64,000 nt of DNA, taken from assembly GCA_002365175.1 (NCBI GenBank), contig DEZK01000007.1:890-64889 (forward strand), read 5' to 3'. The DNA comes from Candidatus Raskinella chloraquaticus. GTDB taxonomy: Bacteria > Pseudomonadota > Alphaproteobacteria > Rhizobiales > UBA4765. Shown here in pieces: positions 1 to 9,316 of this stretch. The notes under the pieces are model-generated. The model was given only the letters and a program-made list of their open reading frames with translations. It was not told where the DNA came from and made no database searches. Each line of letters opens with the position of its first letter. Within the stretch, counting starts at the first letter, position 1. Position numbers and translations under genes: made by a program.

Positions 1-1626
1 CCATCCGCGCGTGTCAAAACCCGTTTTAGTAACAGCACTTTCGACCGATTGAGCAATCAGGCCGCTATGGTAGCGCTTGCGCTTTTTGCTCCCGTCACGG
101 CTGATGGCGGCAAGCTTTGAATTCTCCGCCCACAGATCGCGTTGAGCGACATATTCGCTCATTGCCGCCGCGCGCCTCTCAACATCTTCCGCGCTGGCCT
201 CGGACGGCAGGGCAGGCGGGGCGAGCGGAGGTGCTTCGCGATAATCCTCACGCAGATCGTAACGATAATCAACGGGCTCCAGCATGTTGACAAAATCAAG
301 CCCGAGACGCGTTGGCCTGATATCGGCCTTGTCTCTCTCATCCGAACGGTTCTGGACCGTGCCGTAAACGTAAGTGGTGGTGCTGGAATCGCCCAGCTGA
401 ACCTGATTACTGCCGGTCACCTGGCTGTTTGCTCCAAGGCCGGAACAATTCAAGGCCGAGCTCACATTAGACAAGGCGTTTGCGCCGACAGCCGTATTGT
501 TATTGCCGGTCAAATTATTTATCAACGCGAGATCGCCGACAGCCGTATTGTTAGAACCTGCGGTGTTATACAGCATCGCCCATCGACCGGTTGCCACATT
601 GCTAGCCCCTGTCGTGTTGCGAAGCAGTGCCGCTTCGCCGACACCCACATTATTGGCCCCCGTTGTGTTGGCAGGCAGCACGTTGACCCCTAATGCAACA
701 TTGCTGGCGATAGAGCTTGCGCCATACCCTAATGTTATCTGCCCGACAGTCAGCGCACTCGCAGGAAGGGCCAAAACGCCGATAGAATTAAATTGTGCAA
801 GCCCATTGGCCCCGCCCGCGTTCAGGATCGCCGCTGTACCCAACCCCAGATTTGCGCGCGCCTGCGTCTGTTGCGTGCTTGTAAGCGATTGAGCGACTAG
901 GGCAAGATAGCGACCGTCGGCGGTTATTCGGTTTAACGCATGAGTATCAGCGGTAGCGTTGCTGACTGACAATTGCCCCCCCATCGCTCTTGCCCGAAAC
1001 GCCTCCACCCATGTGTTGCCGTCAGCGCTCAGTTTCAACACCAGATCGTCATCGCCGATGAGCCCGATCTCAGCGCGCGCCGAGTAGCCATTCTGGAACA
1101 GCAATGACGCCGTATTCGCCGTTGCAAGCTTGTTGATTTTAGCGCGCACATCGCCGCTGCCACCCTCGCTTGTCGACTTGGCGCTGACCAGCAGATTATT
1201 GCCCTTGAAGGCTAACTCGTTGCTCGCATCCGCTGTCGTCCCGACACCCAACCGGGTCAAATTCTGCAGGCTCGACAAACCGCCGGCATTGACCAGATCA
1301 ACCCAGTCGACGCCATCGAAACTGAGGACGATACGCTCATCGAGAATGCGTGCCATCCAACCGGCTTGCGGCGCGTAGTAACGCCAGCCGCCATCAAGGA
1401 ATACCGCCAGATTTTTGTCGCGACCAAGCCAACTACCAGTTGCAGCAGCCGCGATGAGGTGACGTTCACCATCGGCAGGGCTGGCGGGCGGTGACGTCCT
1501 GCGGCGACTGCTGACGGCCAGAAAGATCAAAGCATCGAGCGCCGTCAGCGCCTCGTTATGGGTCACGTGCTTTTGCGCCTGCGCCGGCGCGATCAACGGC
1601 AGTTTGAGATTGGAGGTGGTCGGCAT
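1..1626 (-). CDS. Tail-fibre protein: DUF2793 N-terminus, Hep/Hag-like repeats, Peptidase-S74-like C-terminal chaperone domain (3' end outside window)
   Basis: Absent from the ORF track because its stop lies outside the window. My reverse-strand translation from the ATG at 1626..1624 gives 542 stop-free codons. It starts MPTTSNLKLPLIAPAQAQKHVTHNEAL (DUF2793 signature). The middle has repeats NNVGVGEAAL / SNVATG / NNTAVGDLAL / NNTAVGANAL. The end reads SDERDKADIRP..YRYD..HSGLIAQSVE (S74-type). Confidence 0.8.
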   Translation of the reverse strand, partial: MPTTSNLKLPLIAPAQAQKHVTHNEALTALDALIFLAVSSRRRTSPPASPADGERHLIAAAATGSWLGRDKNLAVFLDGGWRYYAPQAGWMARILDERIVLSFDGVDWVDLVNAGGLSSLQNLTRLGVGTTADASNELAFKGNNLLVSAKSTSEGGSGDVRAKINKLATANTASLLFQNGYSARAEIGLIGDDDLVLKLSADGNTWVEAFRARAMGGQLSVSNATADTHALNRITADGRYLALVAQSLTSTQQTQARANLGLGTAAILNAGGANGLAQFNSIGVLALPASALTVGQITLGYGASSIASNVALGVNVLPANTTGANNVGVGEAALLRNTTGASNVATGRWAMLYNTAGSNNTAVGDLALINNLTGNNNTAVGANALSNVSSALNCSGLGANSQVTGSNQVQLGDSSTTTYVYGTVQNRSDERDKADIRPTRLGLDFVNMLEPVDYRYDLREDYREAPPLAPPALPSEASAEDVERRAAAMSEYVAQRDLWAENSKLAAISRDGSKKRKRYHSGLIAQSVESAVTKTGFDTRGW

Positions 1627-1670
1627 CGGAATTCCTCACAACAGAGAGAGACAAGCGTCGTGTCAATCAC

Positions 1671-4600
1671 TCAGGGAAAAAGTGTTTGCGTCGTTGACAA
1701 GCCCGGCCCGAGCACGGCGCTGAGCTGTGACACGCGAAGAACGATCTCGCGTTGTGGCGTGCCAAAATCAGCCAATTCATCGCTGGCGCCGTAAAGAGCG
1801 TTTGGTGACGTCACCATCAGTGATCGCTTCACGGTTGCGCCACTGAGTATGTCGACCTGGTAGGCTTCACTCGCTTCTTCGATCGGCACCTCGGCCAATT
1901 GCCAGCTGTCGCCGTCACCGCGGGTACGGCGGATGAAACTGATGTGCACGCCTGTACCATCGCGCGAGGCTTTAAGCCCGGTTGGCGCCAGCGGTCGCAG
2001 GCCGATTCCGGTCGGCGTTACCGACAGATTGAGCGCGGCCGGATCATCGAAGAACAGCTTGTCCGGGACCAGACGCCAGGTGCCGGGGCGGGCGATATCA
2101 TCCGTCGACACCGGGAAGGGCAACAGGGCGTCATCCAGCACAACAAAGAAGGCGTCTGCCGGAACGCTATCAGCCGCAAGAGCCTCACTGCCAAGCTGGC
2201 CACGCAGTAGTCCCGTCAGTTCATAGAGCCGCTCGCCGACCAGGCGCGCGCTGGTAAATTGAAGGATCTCCCACTCACCGTTGCCATGACGAAGCGCCGC
2301 CACATTGGCGCCATCGAGGATTGCGTCTTCGCTCATGGAGGTCAGCGCACCTGAAGCGAGCTTGACCTGCACCGCTGCAGCGCGGTCGAAGCGCCATACA
2401 GGGCCGGGCAAAAGCGGCGTCGCCAGCGTGCCAATGGTTGCAGGGCGCGCCACGTGGGCGGATGCCTGAAAGCCTGCGGTCGTCTGTCGCCACAATGTCA
2501 ATCCGCCTGGCCAGGGCGTGGCGGTGGCGGCAAGCAAAGGGCGATGAGCCGTTGTATCGCCAGGCCGGCGCGGCAGATCAAGCACGAGCGCAAAAGCCTG
2601 ACCCGGGCTTGGCAAGCGCTGGCTGAGCGTTGGCCGGCGATTGGTCCCGGTTGGCAGCGACAGCGCCGGGTCAACGGCTTCGGCACTTGCCTTGCGCGGA
2701 CCGTCACGATCAAGGCTCGTCAGACGAAGCAGACAGGGGCCGCTATTGCACTCAAGGGTAACGATATCGCCGACTTCGAGCGCAAGCGCCGAGGGCGGCA
2801 GGCTGAATTCCGCCTTCTCCCGCGCCGCCCAGGCGCGCCGCAGCAAAAGTTCGGCCTGCGCCTCGGCAAACTCAGCCGGCTCGATGAGGCCGACCTCACT
2901 CACTGTCTGACGGTTCGAGCCACCTGTCACGCGGCGTGCTGTAACGGCGGCACGTTGAAAATCGCGATCCGCGTCGGCGATGATCAAGGTGACGCTTGCC
3001 GGCAACTCGGTTTCCTGGGCACGCTGAAGCCGAGGGCGGTCGTCCTTGCCGTCAATGGCAAGCTCATCGGCGGCCAGGCTGGCAACCGGTTTGTTGCCGC
3101 GAGAGGAAGCGATGAGCGCACCGTCACGCTCGCGCAGATCGAGACCATACACTCTGACCAGCGGTTCAATCGCCGATCGTCCCGACATAACCCGATCGAC
3201 GACATAGCCTTGTGCCACCCCTTCCGCGTCATCGGCGGCGAGTATCGGCCCGGCAAAATGAGTGCTCAGCGCTGGAAGCAACTGATCGAGCGGGGCTGCG
3301 CCCAGTCGCCCGTTAAGCCAATGCCCGGTGTGCCAATTGGCGTCATCTCCCCAGATGTCGGCCAGAGCGGGATAGGCTGGCCATGGCCGGGCATCCCAGC
3401 ACCATACATGGCTGGCTGACGGATCCACCATGTAGCCGTCATAGACCGGGGACAAGGGATTGGCGCTGGCGCCCTCGCTGGTCGTTGGATCAAAATGATC
3501 GATGATGACTTCAAGCGCGCGGCGTTGAATGAAATCGTCGCGGGCGCGTGACGAAGCAAACGGAAAACCGGATTCGCTTGAGCGCTGGTCAGGAAACAGG
3601 TTGGGTTGGTTCGCACCCTTGTCGACAGCCGGTATGCCTATTTCGGTCAGGCGGATGGGCTTGCTGGCCGGCTGCCAGGCGGTCGCGGTCGTTTCAATCC
3701 CGCCAAGGCGCGTGATATGAGGATTGCTCCACCAGCTTTTGAGGTCCTTGGCGCGGTATACCCAGGGTTTTCCATAAGCGCCGTCGCTGATCGCAAGCCG
3801 CGTCTGGCGCGCACGCGCGCCGTCATCGGCGTAGTACCAGTCGAACGCCTCGCCGGCGCCAAGCCGGGAGTGGAGATAGGCGCGGCTGGCCGCCGAGGTG
3901 GCGATCTTCGCATCCTCGTGATCACCATCGCGCCAATCTGACAGGGGCGCGTAAAGATCAATGCCGACAAAGCTGATGGCGGAATGCGCCCACAAAGGAT
4001 CGAGGGGAAAATGAACGTCAGCCGAACCATCGCCAGGAACATAAGCGCCGTACTCGGTCCAGTCGGCGGCATAGGAGACTTTAACTCCGGAGCCCAAAAC
4101 GCCGCGCACCTCATCGGCAAGCGCGATCAGTTGCGCGACGGCTGGAAAGCTCGTCCGCGACGAGCGCACGCGGGTGAGTGACACAAGCTCCGAACCGATA
4201 AGAAAACAATCGACGGCACCACTGGCTTTGGCCAGGTAAGCGTTGTGGAGCACCATGCGGCGGTATGACCATTCGACCGGCCCGACATAGACGACATCCT
4301 CGCCGCTCAGATAAAAGTCACTCGCTGAGGCCGTCCCGAAAAAGGCTGCAATCTGGTTGGCAGCATCGCTCGTCTTGTCCGGTGTACCTGACCTGCCTGG
4401 CGCCGGATCGCAGGTGATCCGGCCTCGCCAAGGGTAGGCTGGCTGATTTTCGCTATCCGTCCATGGATCATCACGTCCGTTGTTCACTGGCACATCCATG
4501 AACAGGAACGGCGTCAGCGTGACGCTTAACCCCAGCGCCTTCAACTGGCGCAAGCCGGCGCGCACACTGGCATCAGATGGCGTCCCGCCATAGGCGGCGC

Positions 4601-5615
4601 GACCATCGATCTGCGAAACGACATGGGCGTTGGCGCGCTCAATACCGCCTACTTTCCAGGTGTCACCCGTCGTGACTTTTGTTGCAATATCGACGCCGGG
4701 CGTGACCTGACATGAACCACAGCGCAGATCATCGCCAAACCATCCAACGACGAGGGCTGCATGCTGCAGGTTTGGCGCAACCGCCTTAAGCTCGTTGAGA
4801 GACGCAACGAAGTCCGTGCCCATCTGGCCGGTATGGCGGTTCTCGCTGGCGCTTGATCCAAGCCCGAAGTCACGCCGCACTTCGCTCGTGTGATAGGCAA
4901 ATTCGCCCGCACCTGGAATGATATTGATGGCGCTTAACCGCTCTTCCAGCCGGCCGATGGGGCGTATGACTTCAAATGACAATTGCGGCAGGCGATTACC
5001 ATAAGGGCCAAGCGGAAGGCGCTCGAACACGACATATGACAGACCACGAAAAGCCGGGACGTCGGGTGTGCCCTGTTTTGCCTGGATCAGGGGATCGGGA
5101 GCCTGAGCTTCATCGCCGTGATAAAATCGCAAAACGACCCCTGCCTGATCGAGTGGCTTGCCGTCGGCCCATATACGACCAAGATGTGCGATGCGTCCTT
5201 CGCACAAGCCAACGGCAAAATTGCCGAAATAGGCATAGGTCGTTGAAACGGTGCTCGCGCGAGCGGAGCTTGCCGTGCCGCCGCCCTTGCCTCCCCCTCC
5301 TCCCGTCGTCTGGCTTTGCGTCTGGCTGGTCGCCACTTCTTCAAACCGCGTCGCCCATATGACCTGGCCGGTGACACGCGCGCGCCCATAGACGAGGGGG
5401 ATGGATGTTCCTTCGCTCGACGCCTGCACGTTAAGGTCGGTGAGACGCGGGCCGTCAACCTGCCTTGCCCCGCCTGACGATCCACCGCCGGTCAAAGCCT
5501 GGTCGATAGCAGCGCCGGCAAGTGACCCGACGAGGCGGCCGGCAAAGGCACCGAAGGGTCCAGCAACAGCGCCGCCAACAGCAGAGCCGGCGGCTGAGAG
5601 GAGAAGCGTCGTCAT
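1671..5615 (-). CDS. GTA g15-like host-specificity / baseplate multidomain protein
   Basis: 1332-aa ORF. The likely start is the internal MTTLLLSAAGSAVGG at 5615, which forms an ATGA overlap with the stop of the upstream NlpC/P60 gene. Its size and position after g14 match RcGTA g15. Confidence 0.9.
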   Translation of the reverse strand: MTTLLLSAAGSAVGGAVAGPFGAFAGRLVGSLAGAAIDQALTGGGSSGGARQVDGPRLTDLNVQASSEGTSIPLVYGRARVTGQVIWATRFEEVATSQTQSQTTGGGGGKGGGTASSARASTVSTTYAYFGNFAVGLCEGRIAHLGRIWADGKPLDQAGVVLRFYHGDEAQAPDPLIQAKQGTPDVPAFRGLSYVVFERLPLGPYGNRLPQLSFEVIRPIGRLEERLSAINIIPGAGEFAYHTSEVRRDFGLGSSASENRHTGQMGTDFVASLNELKAVAPNLQHAALVVGWFGDDLRCGSCQVTPGVDIATKVTTGDTWKVGGIERANAHVVSQIDGRAAYGGTPSDASVRAGLRQLKALGLSVTLTPFLFMDVPVNNGRDDPWTDSENQPAYPWRGRITCDPAPGRSGTPDKTSDAANQIAAFFGTASASDFYLSGEDVVYVGPVEWSYRRMVLHNAYLAKASGAVDCFLIGSELVSLTRVRSSRTSFPAVAQLIALADEVRGVLGSGVKVSYAADWTEYGAYVPGDGSADVHFPLDPLWAHSAISFVGIDLYAPLSDWRDGDHEDAKIATSAASRAYLHSRLGAGEAFDWYYADDGARARQTRLAISDGAYGKPWVYRAKDLKSWWSNPHITRLGGIETTATAWQPASKPIRLTEIGIPAVDKGANQPNLFPDQRSSESGFPFASSRARDDFIQRRALEVIIDHFDPTTSEGASANPLSPVYDGYMVDPSASHVWCWDARPWPAYPALADIWGDDANWHTGHWLNGRLGAAPLDQLLPALSTHFAGPILAADDAEGVAQGYVVDRVMSGRSAIEPLVRVYGLDLRERDGALIASSRGNKPVASLAADELAIDGKDDRPRLQRAQETELPASVTLIIADADRDFQRAAVTARRVTGGSNRQTVSEVGLIEPAEFAEAQAELLLRRAWAAREKAEFSLPPSALALEVGDIVTLECNSGPCLLRLTSLDRDGPRKASAEAVDPALSLPTGTNRRPTLSQRLPSPGQAFALVLDLPRRPGDTTAHRPLLAATATPWPGGLTLWRQTTAGFQASAHVARPATIGTLATPLLPGPVWRFDRAAAVQVKLASGALTSMSEDAILDGANVAALRHGNGEWEILQFTSARLVGERLYELTGLLRGQLGSEALAADSVPADAFFVVLDDALLPFPVSTDDIARPGTWRLVPDKLFFDDPAALNLSVTPTGIGLRPLAPTGLKASRDGTGVHISFIRRTRGDGDSWQLAEVPIEEASEAYQVDILSGATVKRSLMVTSPNALYGASDELADFGTPQREIVLRVSQLSAVLGPGLSTTQTLFP

Positions 5616-6055
5616 GGCCTCAGCACTCCGGGAAAGGAGAAGACACCGGCGATGCGCCGGCGCCACCACGGGCCGATGGCGGTCTCGACCACCGCAGCAC
5701 CGTCATAGGCGTGGATCATGCGGTCGGGCGCCGTGACAATCGCCAGATGCTTGGCTGGGAAGGCCAACGCCCAGCGGAACGCCAGGACATCGGCAAGCTG
5801 AAACTGATCGCCATCGTGAGGTTCAAGATGACGGGCGGCTGCCTGCAGCAGAATCTCGTCTGGCCGTTCCTCCGCCCATAGCGCGGAATAGGCTGGCGGT
5901 TCTTCGCTCGCGCGACCGATAACGGCTTCATAGACGCCTCGCACCAGTCCCAGACAATCGCAGCCGATATGCTTGACACCGGCTTGATGACGGTACGGCG
6001 TGCCGAGCCAGCTTCGTGCCTCGGCAATGATGGCGGCAGGATCGATCTTGCTCAT
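5612..6055 (-). CDS. NlpC/P60 family cell-wall peptidase (GTA g14-like)
   Basis: The sequence ..ARSWLGTPYRHQAGVKHIGCDCLGLVRGVY.. carries the catalytic Cys context of NlpC/P60. Confidence 0.9.
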   Translation of the reverse strand: MSKIDPAAIIAEARSWLGTPYRHQAGVKHIGCDCLGLVRGVYEAVIGRASEEPPAYSALWAEERPDEILLQAAARHLEPHDGDQFQLADVLAFRWALAFPAKHLAIVTAPDRMIHAYDGAAVVETAIGPWWRRRIAGVFSFPGVLRP

Positions 6056-6942
6056 ATCAGCGCACCGCCATCATTGGTTTCTCCGCTGCGGGCATAGCCT
6101 GCGACGAAGTCGTTGCCCGGCAGAAAGGGAAAGCCGCGAAAATTAACGGCATTCGCATAGCGGTTGACGCAGGTCTCAAACCGCTTGTCACAACCAGCCA
6201 GCGCATCGAAGCTGTCGCCTTGCGCCGGCATGCGGGCGGGCTGCTCCCAGAGATCGAGAACGCGGCCGAAGCCATCATCCTGATCATTGCGGATTTCGGC
6301 GCGACGGGAGATATTTTCGCCGCTCGCCCAGCGCAACGAACCGCGCGCGAGATAGCCTGCGGGCACGCTTGTTGGCCCTGAAACGCGAATGCGTCGTGGG
6401 CCCATCACCTCGATGATGCTCCCCTGACCACCAAAACGCGGGTTGCTGCTGTTAACGCCACAGCGAGCATCAGCGAAGTCCGCATCGCAGGTCGACGACA
6501 CGATGCGCCCGCGCTCCTGATCAAGCGTATGCGACAGGCTACGGATTTCGGCCTTGAAGGCGCTCCCCATACGGGTGATCTCACCGATACTGCCGACTTC
6601 CAGCAGAAGCCGTTCGTCCGGCGTTGACCAGTTGACGAGCCACACCTCGACACGCGCGTTATCATAAAGGCCGGCCGCAAGGTCGGCCTCATCAAGAACT
6701 GCCGACACGAGCGCACCGGAAATATCTGATGTATCGACCGACAGGCCAAGCGAGGCCGGCATGTCGCTTGCCGTGAAACCCGCCGCCGGCTCATGGCTGG
6801 TGCCACCGAAATTCAACGGTTGATCATGATCGGTGAAGCCAAGGATACGGCCATCGCTACGGGCGATCCGCCAGCATCGCGCGAGCGTCGTCGTCTTGCC
6901 GGCAAGATGCGCGGCGAGACCGGAAGAGAGTTGTCGCATCAC
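6052..6942 (-). CDS. DUF2163 domain protein (GTA g13-like tail hub)
   Basis: The N-terminus ..HLAGKTTTLARCWRIARSDGRILGFTDHDQPLNF.. is typical of the DUF2163/BR0599 family. It overlaps g14 by 4 nt. Confidence 0.88.
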   Translation of the reverse strand: MMRQLSSGLAAHLAGKTTTLARCWRIARSDGRILGFTDHDQPLNFGGTSHEPAAGFTASDMPASLGLSVDTSDISGALVSAVLDEADLAAGLYDNARVEVWLVNWSTPDERLLLEVGSIGEITRMGSAFKAEIRSLSHTLDQERGRIVSSTCDADFADARCGVNSSNPRFGGQGSIIEVMGPRRIRVSGPTSVPAGYLARGSLRWASGENISRRAEIRNDQDDGFGRVLDLWEQPARMPAQGDSFDALAGCDKRFETCVNRYANAVNFRGFPFLPGNDFVAGYARSGETNDGGALI

Positions 6943-6978
6943 AAAAATCCAATGCTGGCGGAACGGTTCTTTTGGCGA

Positions 6979-7629
6979 TCACACGATAATTTCAACGAGG
7001 GGAATTGACGGTATCTGACCGGCCCGAAAGCCGTCGAAATTGATGTTGAGCTGGTCGCTGTCAAAGCGAACGGGAACATCAAACGAGAAACCTGCGCTGA
7101 CAGTAGCGCCGCTCCCGGGACGGGCGTCCGCCGGGAAAGTGACGATGCCGGTCGCCGGATCGACATCAAAATCCCGCCCGGCAGTTTTTTCGCTGCCATT
7201 GATCGCGACGCGGACACTTCCAAGGACGGGCTTACGGATCGGGCGGACGTAAAGCGTTGCGCCAACGCCATATGATTTCTGCAACTGGAAAGCGGCTGTC
7301 GTGCCATCGCCCACGCCGATCAACTGATCGAGAGGCGTGACAGCGTGAGCAGGCGCGGCTGATGCGGCGTCTAGCGGATCGCGGAAACGAAAGCCAAAAA
7401 GACGCCCGCGCCGCTCCTCGAAGAAACTGACAATCCGCCCAAGATCCTCGAGCGAACGCACACCCGGACCCGCGTCATAGCGGCGGCGCGAATGAGCCCA
7501 TCGCGCGTTACGCTCTTCGGCGCCGGAGCCTAAAGTGACGATCTCGGTGCGCCGCTCAGGCCCGCCTTTGGCATTGAAGCCGATGGCAAGAGGAAAACGC
7601 ACTTCGTGAAACGATGGCAGCGCCGGCAT
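6979..7629 (-). CDS. DUF2460 / TIGR02217 family protein (GTA g12-like distal tail)
   Basis: FHEVRFPLAIGFNAKGGPERRTEIVTLGSGAEERNARWAHSRRRYDAG matches the family signature as I recall it. Confidence 0.88.
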   Translation of the reverse strand: MPALPSFHEVRFPLAIGFNAKGGPERRTEIVTLGSGAEERNARWAHSRRRYDAGPGVRSLEDLGRIVSFFEERRGRLFGFRFRDPLDAASAAPAHAVTPLDQLIGVGDGTTAAFQLQKSYGVGATLYVRPIRKPVLGSVRVAINGSEKTAGRDFDVDPATGIVTFPADARPGSGATVSAGFSFDVPVRFDSDQLNINFDGFRAGQIPSIPLVEIIV

Positions 7630-7670
7630 GACGAGCGGCTCCTGAGGCAGGGGTCTGGCAATGATGATGT

Positions 7671-8294
7671 TCAGAGCGAGCGGCGACCGCGACCAACGAG
7701 GCGGGCGATGCTGGCGGCTACTTCAGCTTCCGAGCGACGGAAGCCTTCGACATCGGGAGTTTGAATATTGATCGTAATGTTCGCAGCGTCATCGCCGCCG
7801 CCAAGACCGCGCACGCCCAGCCGCCCATCGGGGCCACGTCCCAGGGGAAGGATCGCTTCCGCGCCTGCCTCGCCGGCAAGTCCACGTCCGCCACCAAGCG
7901 GAAAGAAGGTGGGCGATGAGATCACACCCCCTTGAGCAAACGGTAACAGGGATGCACCCTCTCCCGCGCCGTCGCTGGCGCCGTTCTGCCCGGTTGCCCC
8001 TCCTCCGCCGAAAAGGCCGCCAACACCTTTCGTCAGCGATTTAAAGACGTCGCCAAAGCTCTGCTCGAGCGGCTTCAACGCGTTCGATACGGCAAGTCTG
8101 GCGAGGCGCTGCGAGATCGAGCCAACAACATCGCCGAGCGATTTACCGCTGACGGCGACATCGGTGAAGGCCCTTGTCAGCGTTCTCGACAGGCCCTTGC
8201 CCAGGCTCTCGGCATTCGACACTTCGCGGCGAAAGCCCGACGTATCGAGTGTGAGCGATGTCGGCACAGTCTCAGTTTCGGGATCGGTGGCCAT
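7671..8294 (-). CDS. Short phage tail tape-measure protein (GTA g11-like)
   Basis: 207-aa Gly/Ala-rich protein lying between the chaperone genes and g12. Its short length fits GTA tails. Confidence 0.75.
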   Translation of the reverse strand: MATDPETETVPTSLTLDTSGFRREVSNAESLGKGLSRTLTRAFTDVAVSGKSLGDVVGSISQRLARLAVSNALKPLEQSFGDVFKSLTKGVGGLFGGGGATGQNGASDGAGEGASLLPFAQGGVISSPTFFPLGGGRGLAGEAGAEAILPLGRGPDGRLGVRGLGGGDDAANITINIQTPDVEGFRRSEAEVAASIARLVGRGRRSL

Positions 8295-8461
8295 TACGTT
8301 TCATCCGGGTAGAGTTTCAACAGGTCACTCAAGCGGGCGCGGCTCAGTGGCCTGGCGCGGCTACCGGTCTGGCCGGCGACGGCGCCAGCGATCTCACGCG
8401 GCGTCAGGCGCCAGAAGGCATCGGGCGGCAAATGCCATTGAGCAAAGCCCAGCGCCATCAC
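8294..8461 (-). CDS. Tail assembly chaperone-like small protein (GTA g10.1 / rcc01693-family-like); start unresolved, may be reached by frameshift
   Basis: This frame is not in the ORF track because it is under 60 aa from the first start codon. It reads ..PFPWDEVMALGFAQWHLPPDAFWRLTPREIAGAVAGQTGSRARPLSRARLSDLLKLYPDET and ends in a TAATG overlap with g11. The first canonical start (GTG 8461 / ATG 8458) lies after the conserved FPW motif. Confidence 0.55.
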   Translation of the reverse strand: MMALGFAQWHLPPDAFWRLTPREIAGAVAGQTGSRARPLSRARLSDLLKLYPDET

Positions 8462-8883
8462 CTCATCCCATGGGAAGGGGACGCGGGAGGCCGGGAGGGA
8501 GCCTCCCGCGCCGGACGAGGGCGGGCCGCAGGCGCCTCCCGCCCGCTCGTCGATGGTGATTGTTCACTGGCATCGTCGGCGCCAAAGGTAACAGCAAGCA
8601 ACTCGGCAACGATGCGGACATAGCCTGCAGCGCCGCCATCGACCTGCATCTCGCCAACGTCATGGATCGTCAGCGAGTGGCCACCGCCGCGTAATCCCGC
8701 AGCGATGATCTTCAGCGCGTCGCTGGCGGCGATCCGCCCCTGTTCGAAGCGCTCGGCAAGTCCCAGCAGATCGGAGGCGCCAAAGGCATTCTCGAGCTCG
8801 GCCAGCGCACCAAGGGTGAGGCAGAGCGTATACGGGCGGCCATCGAGCTCGGCCTCGATTTCGCCCCGGCGTCGATTGACCAT
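8458..8883 (-). CDS. Gene transfer agent family protein (GTA g10-like, tail assembly chaperone)
   Basis: MVNRRRGEIEAELDGRPYTLCLTLGALAELENAFGASDLLGLAERFEQGRIAASDALKIIAAGLRGGG matches the GTA g10 family pattern. The C-terminal 35 aa or so are low-complexity and Pro/Ala/Arg-rich. Confidence 0.85.
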   Translation of the reverse strand: MVNRRRGEIEAELDGRPYTLCLTLGALAELENAFGASDLLGLAERFEQGRIAASDALKIIAAGLRGGGHSLTIHDVGEMQVDGGAAGYVRIVAELLAVTFGADDASEQSPSTSGREAPAARPRPAREAPSRPPASPSHGMR

Positions 8884-8886
8884 GGT

Positions 8887-9303
8887 TCAAACCATGGCTG
8901 TGAAGACCAGATATCCAGCGCTTTCAAGCGTCAGATCAAAGGTCATTTCGCGATCGTGGCTACCGGCATATTCAAGGGCCGTCACCTGGAAAGGGCCGTC
9001 GATGCTTCCAAATTCAGGAATGACGACACGCCAATTGGCGATGGTCCCGTCGAAGAAAAGGCGGCGCACTTCGGCGTCCGAGCTCTGGTCGCGGAAAATG
9101 CCGGCGCCAGACAGGCGCGCGCGCTTGGCTCCGGCGCCGGCAAGCAGCTCACGCCATTGGCCGGTACTTTCGGCAGTCGTGACATCGACGGTCTCGGCAC
9201 CGAAGGAAATGGTGCGGGTGCGCAGGCCGGCAACAGTGACGAACGACCCCTGGCCGGCGCTGTCGACCTTGAGCAGGAGGTCGCGTCCCTTTTGAGCAGA
9301 CAT
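8887..9303 (-). CDS. Phage major tail protein, TP901-1 family (GTA g9-like)
   Basis: MSAQKGRDLLLKVDSAGQGSFVTVAGLRTRTISFGAETVDVTTAES is the typical family N-terminus. Confidence 0.9.
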   Translation of the reverse strand: MSAQKGRDLLLKVDSAGQGSFVTVAGLRTRTISFGAETVDVTTAESTGQWRELLAGAGAKRARLSGAGIFRDQSSDAEVRRLFFDGTIANWRVVIPEFGSIDGPFQVTALEYAGSHDREMTFDLTLESAGYLVFTAMV

Positions 9304-9316
9304 GGGTTGAAACTCC

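Noticed and set aside
142-892. Plus-strand ORFs 142..693 (183 aa) and 497..892 (131 aa).
   Set aside because: They are antisense to the stop-free 542-codon tail-fibre reading frame on the minus strand. Their translations are low-complexity Ala/Arg/Pro/Val-rich sequences typical of GC-rich antisense frames, and the first starts with TTG.
8461-8563. A canonical X XXY YYZ slippery heptamer for the proposed g10/g10.1 frameshift.
   Set aside because: I read every zero-frame codon in the permissible window and found no canonical heptamer. The frameshift idea is kept as a hypothesis, but the mechanism is unsupported, and an independent start at 8461/8458 remains possible.
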